A DNA stretch of 64,000 nucleotides from Tubulanus polymorphus. Its lineage: Eukaryota; Animalia; Nemertea. The notes beneath the pieces were generated by a model. It worked only from the letters and a program-made list of their open reading frames with translations, did no database searches and was not told the origin of the DNA. How positions within the stretch are numbered: position 1 is the first letter of the stretch; the number at the start of each line of letters is the position of its first letter. A program made the translations under genes and the position numbers. Positions 42,297 to 54,100 of this stretch are shown piece after piece. The stretch lies in the NCBI RefSeq assembly GCF_964204645.1, contig NC_134031.1, positions 16,851,807-16,915,806 on the forward strand. Direction: 5' to 3'.

Positions 42297-45200
42297 ATGG
42301 ATACGAAGACCCATCCGGCACTGCAAGGCTACAAGCAATATGCGCAGGACGTTGCTGCAGGGTACTGTTTCAACCTTTTAATGTATTGTGGCTATTTTAG
42401 CGTTAAAATCGCCGATTAAAAATCCAATGCTCGCTCAGCCGCCATTGTGAAGGTGCCCTCGTATGCAACGTTGAAAGTGTCCCACATTTCTGATCGTTTA
42501 CGCTTCTCGTATACGTTTTCAAATCGAAATTGTACGTCCCTTAAGCGCTCCAAGTCTGCCTCCCTATAAACCAATGTCTTTAATTGCTGAATTGCATCAC
42601 GAAAGGTTCGTTTTCCCCCGTTTAAATTTGCTGCTCAAACGCGTAGTACGTCGTTAATTATCGGCAGCAGCCATGATGCCAGTCTCTTTTTTGGACCGAT
42701 TTTCTGGGTTAGTTGAAGGCAGATGCTGATTCCTACTATCGATGTATGTTCCCAATGGTGTACAGCATTTAGTTGATCAGTTTATTTTCATTCATTTCAA
42801 TGGGAAAGTTATAAAATTGATGCTTACAGGCTGATTACCCTGGCCGCTGCGGATTTCAATTCTCAAAATTTTATCCCATTTTCGACCCCCCTCGACGAGC
42901 GGTGGACGAAACAATGATCGCATCTGATACTACATTTTACTATTGTCGTCATTTGAAATTTTTTGTATCGTTTTTGAAAATTTCTATTTTGCCGAAATGA
43001 CGACCTTCTTGTCGCCTGAGTTCTGAATTATGTCGAGTTTGAAATTATCGAACTTGGTAGATTACTATGGAATCTGAAGTGTACTTATGATGGTATAGGT
43101 GAATTTAAATGCTTTTTGGAAAAATTGTCGGTCAGATAGGACTATAATGTGATTTTCCCAGATTTTGGAAATCGGTCAGTTTGGGCCCCAAAAATAGTAC
43201 AGATAGAGTTGTGGTCCTAGTAGCTGTTGACGGAGGAAAAGCTATTTATTACAGTTTCAAAGACCCATTAACTCGAAAATTTTCAATAATTCACGCTTTT
43301 GATTTTGATCTTGTAGGAACGGTGCTACTACTGATGACGGTGATTCAGTAAGTATCGATTTAAAAGTCGTTTTTTTGCGCGAAATCAATTCGAAACTGAT
43401 CTTCGATGTTAATGTTTTATCGTCGAACTTTTTCAGAATGATGCCTGTCTCGTCTGTAAAAAATTAGGCAGAACTTGTCCGGACACTGCAAAGGTTAGTT
43501 GGGTTGATGGCCGAGTGAGAAGCTTCTGATTATTGTTCTCGAGTTTTAAGCGTCGTAGTTTTCGCGAGATCGCTAATACAATCGGTAATCAATAACATTT
43601 CTCTGACCTACAGTCATCTTTACAGAACGGATCGGCGAGTGACGATGGCAGTGCCAATTCCACCACTGCTGAAACTAACAACAGTAAAGGCAAGAACGGA
43701 CCGTCGAAAAGAGGCCGAAACACGAACCAGTTGCAATATCTGTGTAGAACTGTCATGAAAGGTGTATGGAAACATCAGTTCGCGTGGCCGTTCCATCAGC
43801 CAGTCGATGCGCAGAGACTCAATTTACCTGTAAGTTCCGTTCAGCTTCATTATCAATTACATATGGGATCATTCATTTATTACGTACGCATAAAATTCGA
43901 ATTTTTCAACCCCCCTCTGTACGCAAAATCGGCCATTTTTTCATATACATTAAGCATAACAGTACGCAATTGCACTGACCCCCCTCCCCTAATGCATACA
44001 TAATAAATGAATGACCCCTATACCCTCCTGTTTCATTCCTAGCATCGGTTCGTGAGAGACGTCGAATCAAAATTATCCCTATTTCGAAAACCATAAAAAT
44101 GACTCCGATGGTGTTCCTAGAGTAGCGTGATACCGATTTAACTGATATCTGTAACATCGTTCGTTAACGTAATAATTGTAGGATTATCACAAGATCGTTA
44201 AACACCCGATGGATCTCGGCACGATCAAAAAACGCTTGGAAACGAATTACTACTACAGCGCAAAGGAATGCCTCGAAGAGTTCAATATGATGTTTACGAA
44301 CTGTTACATCTACAACAAACCTGGAGAGGTAGGCTTATGTGATTAGAATGTGTATGATAAAAGTCAACCATTTGCAGTAGCCCCAAGCATTTTCGTATCG
44401 CCCTCTGAAAATCATCCCCCGTTTTAAAAAGTTAGCTGATCCTTTTCATGGGTTAATGTCAATGTAATTATCAGTGTTACTGTTTTGTTGAGTAAGATAA
44501 TATAACGAATAGCATTATGCATTTGAATTAAGCTTATTTCATATATTTTGAACACGAAAGCTTTGAAACTTAAACATCCTCAATAACTACGAAACTAAAC
44601 AATTAAGATAGCCCATCAAGCACGTTAGCTACCGCCTACGAGTTATCTAGGTAGATTCTTCAATTTGAACAAAATGTTTATTCTCAATGAACAATGGACG
44701 ACCGTAGTATAGCTCTATTGTCTGCTATGAAATATCTGGCGGTAGTAGCTACTGTAGGTAGCATCGTATGATCAGCATGGCAGCTAAATGCGTTACGATA
44801 CAGAAGAACCTGCTTAATTCGGATCATTCGGGACCAACTACGAAATCCATCCGGTTTACGTTAACTTGGATTAAGATTCATTTTCCCGTAATATTAATGA
44901 ACAAATGGACTGCAAATATCGTCTGGATTAGACCAAAATCTGGATTAAGCAGGTTTGATAATAAAGTCAATGTCGGTATTGTATGCAGGGTCCAATCTAA
45001 GGAATGACAGCCACTTGCCCGGGGGGGGGGGGCAAGCATATCTGAAATTTCGCTTGCCCCCTCCAAAAGCTACCTGCTCTACACAGGCAGTTCGATTGGT
45101 GGCACTATCATCCGTTGTATCGAGTGGGAAAAAAGCTTTGTGACATAAAATTGCACTAGCCCGGGGGACAAGTGATAATGATAACTTACATGCCCTGATG

Positions 45201-48200
45201 AGAATATACTTGCCCCTGGCAATCGGAGGACAAGTGCTTAGATGGGACCCTGAGTATGTACAGTGGTTGGTTTTGTATATTTTCAGGATATTTGTCTGAT
45301 GGCGCAGACGTTGGAGAAGATATTCTTACAGAAAGCGTCGTTGATGCCGCCTGAAGAAATCGAAGTGATACCGGCTCAAAAGAAAACGGTGAAAGCAGCA
45401 GCTGCACGTCAAAATCAAGGTCAAGGCCAACGCGCAGCAGCAGTTGCTGCAGCAGCTGCCGTGGCCAATCAGATGGCGCCGACGCCTTCTCCGCCTCCGC
45501 CGCCCCCTCCGGCGGTTATACCGGTGCCGATTGCCGCGACTAACGCGTCGTCGTCGACAGTCGCTTCATCGGATTCAGCAATCGTTGTGCCGACCCCTGT
45601 AAGTACTAGATCTTACTATAATACTCTCCTCAATACCATTACTACCAAGAGCTCAAATTATTTTCAATTTACTCAAAATGAGTAATTAAAAATTAAAATC
45701 AAAATGAATTCTGATGCATTTTCGACTATACTACTGTTTTCGATGTCTAAATACTGTCATTCGTGCTGATAAATACTATGAAGGGATACTCAAAGAATTC
45801 TGGTCTGCTGTAAGCTGAAACCAGTTCATTCTTCAAGCTCCCGTTGTAACAGGAGCTTTCACAAGAGCCGTCAGACTAACAGCTGTCACCATTGTTACTT
45901 ACTGCAAATGCTAGACTCCTGTGAATGATTGTATAGGACTAATCATTGAGTGATTTCTATCGTCTGGATTGTGAAAGAGTATATATATTCCCAGGGCCCA
46001 GTTTCACAAAAAGGATTAAGGCCTCAATCGATTTAAGATAAACTGAATTAACGAAGGAATTAAATCGATTTAAGAGTTAAACTTTTTTGTGAAACTGGGC
46101 CCAGTACCTTAAATTAGCTGTTTGTCTCGAAGGCTGATTACGACGCTCGGACCCCTTGTGTGAAATTGAGGACAATTTCAAATATTGTTTCTGAATTTAA
46201 TATATCAATTAGACGAAAAAAGGAGTGAAGCGTAAAGCGGACCCGGTCGGCGGTAAAACGATGGTACTACCTCCGACTCAGACGACGTCCGTAACGCCGT
46301 CGCCGTACGACTTCCCGTCGTTCGACGAGGCGACGCCGGTGAAAGTTCAGAACCGACGCGAGAGCAGTCGTCCGATCAAACGTCCGAAGAAAGACCTACC
46401 CGACGACCAGGCGCAGCATAGTACGAAAAGCAAAAAGGGCAAGATGGGCGAGCAAATGAAATACTGTAACGTCTTGCTGAAGGAATTGTACGCCAAGAAA
46501 CATGCTGTAAGTTTTATTGTTGTCTCTTAAGGAAACAGGGTGGCCACTCACCCGGCAAACACGGGCAATTAGAAAAATCAGTGAGAACTCTGAGAATTTG
46601 ACAGATTTTGCCATTAAAAACCTGGAAATAAGGGAATTTGGATATGTTTTCAATACGGGATTCATGAAGAATGAATAAATTCTGACATTCGAAAACAAGG
46701 AATTCCTCGGGATTTACTTGGGTGGAATTATAACATGGAAAAAAATCGGCGATAACTGGGATGAATCGGTGTAAAGTGGAATCCCTGTGAAAGAAAAAGT
46801 GTTGTGAATTGGGTAGAGAAATTATAGCTATTCTCCTCGTGTGATTTACAGGGTTACGCGTGGCCTTTTTATAAACCGGTCGACGCGTCTCTACTCGGCT
46901 TAAACGATTACCATGAAATTATTAAGAAACCGATGGATCTGGGCACAATAAAGGTAGGAGTCGAATTTGAATATTTCTAGTTAACTAACAGGATTCTTAC
47001 GGATCAGGGAAAAAACTTGGAGCCCTGAATTTAATTTTCCCTCAAGGGAATTTCTGGTATTCTGACTTATCTTGAAAATCATGGAATTTTTGATGTGCGG
47101 TTCTCGCTGACTTGAGGAACCCCTTTAAGAAGAAACTGAGGATGTCTTAAAATGTCAATTTTCAAAGAAAATCTTAGATATTCTTGAGACATTTGAGATT
47201 CCCTGATCAGTATGAACCCTGTTGTGAAAGAAATACTAGTAGAATTTAGAGATTAACGACGTGTGTAATTTTTAGACGAAGATGGAAACGCGTGAATATA
47301 GGATGGCGAACGATTTCGCCGAAGATGTACGATTAATATTTACGAATTGTTACCGATATAATCCTCCCGATAGCGACGTTGTGGCGATGGCTAAAAAATT
47401 ACAGGTACACGTATATTTTAATCGTTTCCATACTCTGATGCTCCTTTGCCTTAAGAAAATAAAGATATCACAATCTGGTGTATAGTGTATGAAGCACCTC
47501 GATATTACACCTATCTGCCCCATGGCACAGTGTATGCGTAGTTACTGAGGCAGGTTACAATTGGTCTCTGCCGAATTCTCTTCTGGTGCGTTTGTTTCGA
47601 CCAGAATTTACTCAACCTGTTCCAGATATGCTCAATCTGTAAATCAGCTATAACCAGGCTGGTAGAGAGGTCCTATTCCGGAAATACAAATTCGGAGTAC
47701 AATCGGAAACCTGCCTAAGAGTTTGAAATGTTTGACTGGTGCTGCCATCTTTCCAAATGTATATTAACTGTTCAACAGATGGCAGCACTGTATGGCTTGT
47801 CCATTATACGCCGTATTGTGTGTGAAATGCACTGAAAGGGGTTTTCTATAGGTTTGAGATCGAACTTATACAATAGATACGTGTAAAGCCTTGTGACATG
47901 ATTATAACGAAGTTGATTGATTGTTTTAGGATGTGTTCGAGTTACGGTACGCTCGGATGCCGGACGAACCGCTCGTCTCGGAGAACGAGCGCATGAAGGG
48001 CGACTACAGCGACAGCGAAAACTCGGAGATGTCGGATTCGAGCGATTCGGACGACAGCGAAGCCGAACGCGAAAAACGTCTGCGCGAATTGCAAGAGCAG
48101 GTAGGAAGAATATTACTTGATTTCTCTATTCGTGACGTCGAGGGTTAATTCGATAGAAAGGGTTTTGTTCGTGATTATGATAATGATGAGGTTGTGCCTA

Positions 48201-51165
48201 TAATCATGCGTGTCATCTGACCCCGGGTTTCGGCACCGGTTGACGTTTTCTGCCGACGTTTTGCCGGCTGTAAACTGATCCTGTGTTTGAATTCCGACGG
48301 AATGATCTTTGGACTTCTCTGAAACATTCTCATTTCCCTGATGTGTGGCGATCCTAGAATTGTATGCGATTATTATTTGTTCTTAGAAATACTGCGTTCT
48401 TTGATCTTTCATATATTTATTCGAGAAAACTAACAACTGAATTGTGAAAGATTTTGATTTCGATTTTTTGACAGATTTTGTGAAGAGGTTTTATCAATAT
48501 ATTATTTAGAAAATAAGGGACTTTTTTATTTGCTGCGCGTCGACCCAATCTGGTCACTGCCTGTATCAGAGATTGATACGAGAAATGTATTGTTTATTTT
48601 CAGCTCAAAGCGGTTCAGGAACAATTAGGTCAATTAACGCAGGAACATTTAGCTAAAAGTCGTGAAAAACAAAAACGTAAAAAGAAAAAGCGGGAATCTC
48701 GGACTGATCGAAATAACGATAAGGATAAAAAAGTGGAGCCGATCGCTCCCGTGGCGACATTGCCGTCGACGACGGCGTACACGGCGCCGACGTCCGCGTT
48801 GCCGTCGATACCGACGCCGTCCGGAGCGGCGGTCGCGGCTGCGGCGCCCGTCCTCGGTTCGAACGTTATATCGCCGTCGGTACCCGCGCTTGTGTTAGAG
48901 ACGCCTAAAGCGGCGAAATCGGGCGCCGCGCCGAATAAAACGAAAGCGAACGCAAAGACGCCGAAAACGCCTTCCGGTTCGACCGTCAAACGACAGCGGT
49001 CGAACAGTAAAACGTCGAAAAAGAACAAAACGGCGACGCCGGCTTTCGACAGCGAGGACGAGGACAATGCGAAGCCCATGACATACGACGAAAAACGGCA
49101 ACTTAGTTTAGACATCAACAAACTGCCAGGTGAGACCATCCGGGAGTTTGTTTAAAAAAAAAATGACGGATTTTACTAAACGCACCGGCGGATTATTATT
49201 GAATTATTAATCGATATATATATATATAACAGTGTATTTCTAGTCATCGGGAGTCGAGCGGTAATTTCTATTCGCTTATTCGCCTCGTGGCGGATTTGCG
49301 AATTTAACGCCGGCTTCGGATTTGTATATACGATAGACTCTGCTCAAGTCTGATCTTATGAACCACGAAAATTCGTCGAAATTCCGGACGATATTCATTC
49401 AGTTTGAATTTCCTCATTGTCGGCAAAATAAATTTAAGATATCGATCTAACTTGAGCGCAGTCTGTTATAGTTTCGTTCTAGTCAATGGGAGTGAAAATA
49501 TTTATTCTATTGTTAATGTTCGTTTAATAATCAGTGAATATGTGTTTATTTCGGTCGTGAATTCAGACTGAATTATATCTATTTTATAATATGAATAAAA
49601 AGGGCATATATACACGTAATTATAGCGACGAGTCAGACGTTTTAAATGTCAATTTCGATGTTTTATTTTCAACAATGTGGATCGATGTTTTTTTTTTTTC
49701 GATGCCCCGATCCCCCCGTTCTGGTCACCGTTGTTATCCAAGCTGCAAGAGTTAAATGATGAGTTTGTACCAAATCATGCGTGTCATCTGACCACTGATT
49801 GTGTAACTCGTAAAACCGCGTGGATAACGACGTTCTGTCGCTTGAAATGCGATTACGAGTTATCATCGGCTGGTATGATCATTGGGCTTCTCTGATGACC
49901 CCTACCCGCCCCCTTTTCAAATCATTAATCGCAAATATGTCGAATGGAATCTCTGCACTCGCGCACGCACACACTCAAAGAAGGAAATTGAATAATAAAA
50001 AGGTTTTTTTATCCGTTTCGAAATGCAAGGTAACCATTTATCACTGTTTATTTTCGCTTGGAGAGTTGTGCTCGCGCAGATTTTCTCGATGTGTTTGCGT
50101 TAGAAATTGATTATTGATCTATTAGGATTATAAGGTCATTAAGAACAGCTGAACTCGCGCGCTGTCGCTCTCGTGTTACACTCCATTCCACGTCGAGTTG
50201 TCGAGTTCGTTGATTGTAATATCTATCGCTGTATTTTTATAGGTGATAAGTTAGGACGGGTTGTACACATTATCCAGTCCCGTGAACCGTCCCTACGAGA
50301 TTCCAATCCTGATGAAATTGAGATAGACTTCGAAACACTGAAACCATCGACCCTTAGGGAGCTGGAAGCGTATGTGATGTCCTGTCTGAAAAAGAAAAAG
50401 TTTTATTGTAAGTATTCGGAAAAAAGCGCAAACATTATCGTTATCGAAAAAGTGCGTAACAATTCACGTGAACCTGGCGCTTTATTTTCCAGCCAAGAGA
50501 AACACACCGGGCAAATCGAAACAAGAGCTACAAAAAGAGAAGAAACAAGAATTAGAGAAACGATTACAAGACGTGACCGGACAATTAGGAGGCAGCACTA
50601 AAAAACAAACCTCAACGAAAAAAGGTATCGTTCGAGTTCTGATATCAATCGTCGAGATATTTTTCGCGACTGCCTCGCTTGCATGGTTCCCGGCCTTAGT
50701 ACTTGGTAAAAAAAAACTTGGGAATTTTGATTATTTCACCGTTTGAAACTAATTTGGGAATTTGATCGAATTTCGTCGAATCAGGGAAATTGGAAATTCA
50801 TTTACCGACGGCTACTTTCTTCAATTTTTCTTTTGAAAATTGCCATAACCCGATAACCAAGTGATATCGGTATCTGTTCATTTTCTTGAGGGCCCTATTT
50901 CCATTGGGGAAGATGGAAAAATCACCAATTTTTAATTCATGTAACTACATGGGAGCCATGTTTGCAGAGGTCGGCATCGAACGTTTCTTTCGTTGTTCGT
51001 TGTTTAATCGCGCGTATGTTGATTTCAGAAGAAAGTTCGCACGTTGACGTCGTCGGCGGTCACAGTCGTCTGAGCGCCAGCAGCAGTAGTTCGTCGGACA
51101 GCGACAGCAGCAGTGATAGCAGTTCGAGCGATACGTCAGATACGAGTGATTCGGAATCAGGTTAG
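42297..51165 (+). CDS. BET short isoform ending ...SDSESG-stop by read-through of the 51160 donor
   Basis: TCAG|GTTAG reads GGT TAG if unspliced. Followed by ~3 kb of UTR-like sequence and AATAAA at 54136 and 54161. Confidence 0.7.
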
Positions 51166-54100
51166 ATCCCTAATCATTTTCAGAAAAAAAAAAAAACACG
51201 GTCTCTCTGTCTGTCTGTCTGTCGTTTCATTTCGTTTCGCCAACAAAAAAAAAACGAAATGAAAAGGAGAAAACAAAAGCAGTGCTGGTCACGGCCACCT
51301 GGTGTCAGGGTCAGGTGTACGGCGTCATGGCCGAATAGCAGTGGAATAGTGTCGTGTCTTCTGCTGTGATAATCGTGTAATTGAAGTAGCCTTCCATTGT
51401 TTAAGGGCTTAATCTGCGATCGATAGCGATTCATTTCTTGCGTTTTGTCATTTAGTATTTCATTAACAACTGCATACAAATTTTTTCGCCGAATCGTAGA
51501 TATGTTGAAATTTCAAATTTTCCGATGAAAAAAATCATCGTTCCTCTGTTCTGATTTAGTTAATTCGAATGCGAAAATTATTCGTTTTTGGTTTATTTCG
51601 AAAATTTTGATGGCAGTTCGCGCAATTTTGATCATGTTTTAAAGCGAAAATGTAAAAGTGCGAGAAATGAACCGATGTACTACTGCATTATGTTGAGTTG
51701 TAATAAATTTTAGGGTCGAACGAATATGATCCGAAGTGGAACCTTGTTACAACAATGAGTTAGTTATACGTACATCCATTCAATGTCTGATGGAATGTTT
51801 GCTAGAAGCATGCGTGAAGAAAGTCTTTGAAAATATTTGCGGGTTCTTTTTCGAGGGATCAATTACTCCCATAAGATACTCTCGAAATCGGAATAATTTC
51901 CTGTTCATTTTCAATTGAAGTCGGATAAACTTTAGTACTACAATTAGAGATATCGGGTAGTCTGGTCTGAAGCTATGAACTTGGATAAATTATTCCAATG
52001 GATAATTTGTTATAACCTGGTTCCACTGTTCTCATTATTTCTAATGTGCCTAGTTTAGGCGTCGCGTTCGGAAGACTCGAAATTTTGGTGGTGAAATTGA
52101 TCGCTCCTTATTAGTATTTTGTGCCTGCCTTCGAGCAATTGGTTTTGCGAGTATTTTATAACAAAAAATGGATGATTGATAAATGTCTTATTGATTTCAA
52201 GTATTACTTCATGATTTGTATCGATGAATGCCCGGGTAGTTTGATCCGCTGATCGTCGTGTAAATCTCGATCGAAACTGTTCCGTGAAATCATGATTCCA
52301 ACTGTTATTGCCGATTATTTTTGATGAATATGGGGTTTAAAGTATAAAAAGAAGGAAAATCCGCGTTGTCGGTTGAAAAAAAAGGTGTATCCAGAATATG
52401 CATTTGCGAGCGTAGAAAATTTCTGTTTCGGGGAATTATAAAAAAGCTGTATAGATAGGATGTAAAAAAAAGAATGTTTTATCGCACGTGTATTATTTTA
52501 TATAAAGAGTGAAACATTTGAGAAAACGATGTTTAAAAAAAAAAGTAATTAAATATGGAAAAAGTGTTAGACGTCGAACTCGTTATTTATTGTACCCTAA
52601 ACAAATTTGTAAAAAAACATTTCATAGAAATTCATTTCATTCATCTACACAATATTCATTTTAATCATCATTCATTCGAATTCGTATCGACTGTCTGCAG
52701 TTCATCAGTGTATCCAATTCATATACCGCGATATAATAGAAGTTTCATGGACATAGATTCACATCTGTTGGGGGTAGAAATATCTTCGAAATCTTAGAAA
52801 AAGGGAAAAAAATATACTGTTTTTTTTTTACTCCTACGAAAGTTACGATTACGCAATATATAGATATATATATATATATATATTGTAGTACATTATGGCA
52901 TTTTAAATGAAGCTGTCGGTCTATCGGAAATATCGCTTGCAAGTTCAGAAATTCTGGTATTTCCTATAGGTCCGCAGTCTCGTAAGCGACAAAATTTATC
53001 TTAATGAAGACCGCGCGCTTTCGAATGACCATTGCGCTCGACGATACGACAAATACGTCTTTCGGTTTTTGAAAAATCGTTTAAAGCCTCGTTGAATTGT
53101 GATGATGTATTTGCCGCGTTTGTTTTGCCCAGTGGTCGGAAAGTGCGCTTGACTGTGAAATTTTTCCATCATTTCAGTCCGAAACAAAATTACTCGATTC
53201 GATCTGTTCTTATTCTTCTCTTAAATTCAATTATAAAGACAATCAAAATTCTACTTCACGTATCGTCGACGCGAAAAATTCGTCGAACTCGGTTTTTGAA
53301 AACGGATTGTTTGATGATTTTGTTTCGATGGACTCGAGTGATTTTTATCTTGGCCTATGAGTGCAGAATGTGTTTTTACCAAGCGAGGCCAGCTTTTTAG
53401 ATTTTTTGGCTGGTGTACGTGTATATATATATAAATATATAATTATAATAATCATGTGTATGAGTGTGTATGGGTGTATGGCGCTAAGGTTTATCAATAG
53501 ATGGAACAAACGCATGAAGATTTATTTTTGTACCGATAAGCAGTTAGCAGTGAGTGCTTGTAAATGTCTGTATATGCGTGAGGGTTGTGAACTGTATTTA
53601 AAATCCGATCTCCGATGACCCGAGTAGTTATCACCGGTAGTTTCGCGTTGGGCTCAGTTCAGAGCGTTTTTCGAACGCTCCGCCCGGCCGGGTCGGGTCG
53701 GGTCGGCCGCACGATCTACGTTATCGGCCCAGTTACCCGAAATCACGAAAATTTCGTTTTAAAGCTGGCCTTACTTGCATCATCGTCATTCACGTGTACA
53801 CATCGCACTCCTGGCCTAAGTTCTGTCTTCTTCGTTTAAAAAAAAAAAACATTTTGTGGCCGTCGTCGCCGCGACTGTGACGCTTGATCGGAACCGTGAG
53901 ACTAGTAACAATTCAGTGGAGAGAAAAACGAAAAAAAAAAAAACAAATAGAATTTTTGTATTCGATTTTTACTTTTGTATATACGATGATAACGTTATTC
54001 TAATAGAGATGCTCCTAGTCACTGGTTTCATCAGTTGATAAGTGTCCCGCGTACGTAAGAAAAACCGGAAAAAAAAAGACTGTTGTTGTACATACGATAA

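Noticed and set aside
47437-47562. Possible H/ACA snoRNA (ATATTA box, hairpin, ACA)
   Set aside because: The 5' hairpin is poor and no target was identified; needs a covariance search.
48630-49139. 169-aa minus-strand ORF, and similar ones at 35595-35969, 55669-55896, 57795-58085, 22092-22421
   Set aside because: Antisense shadows of real exons.
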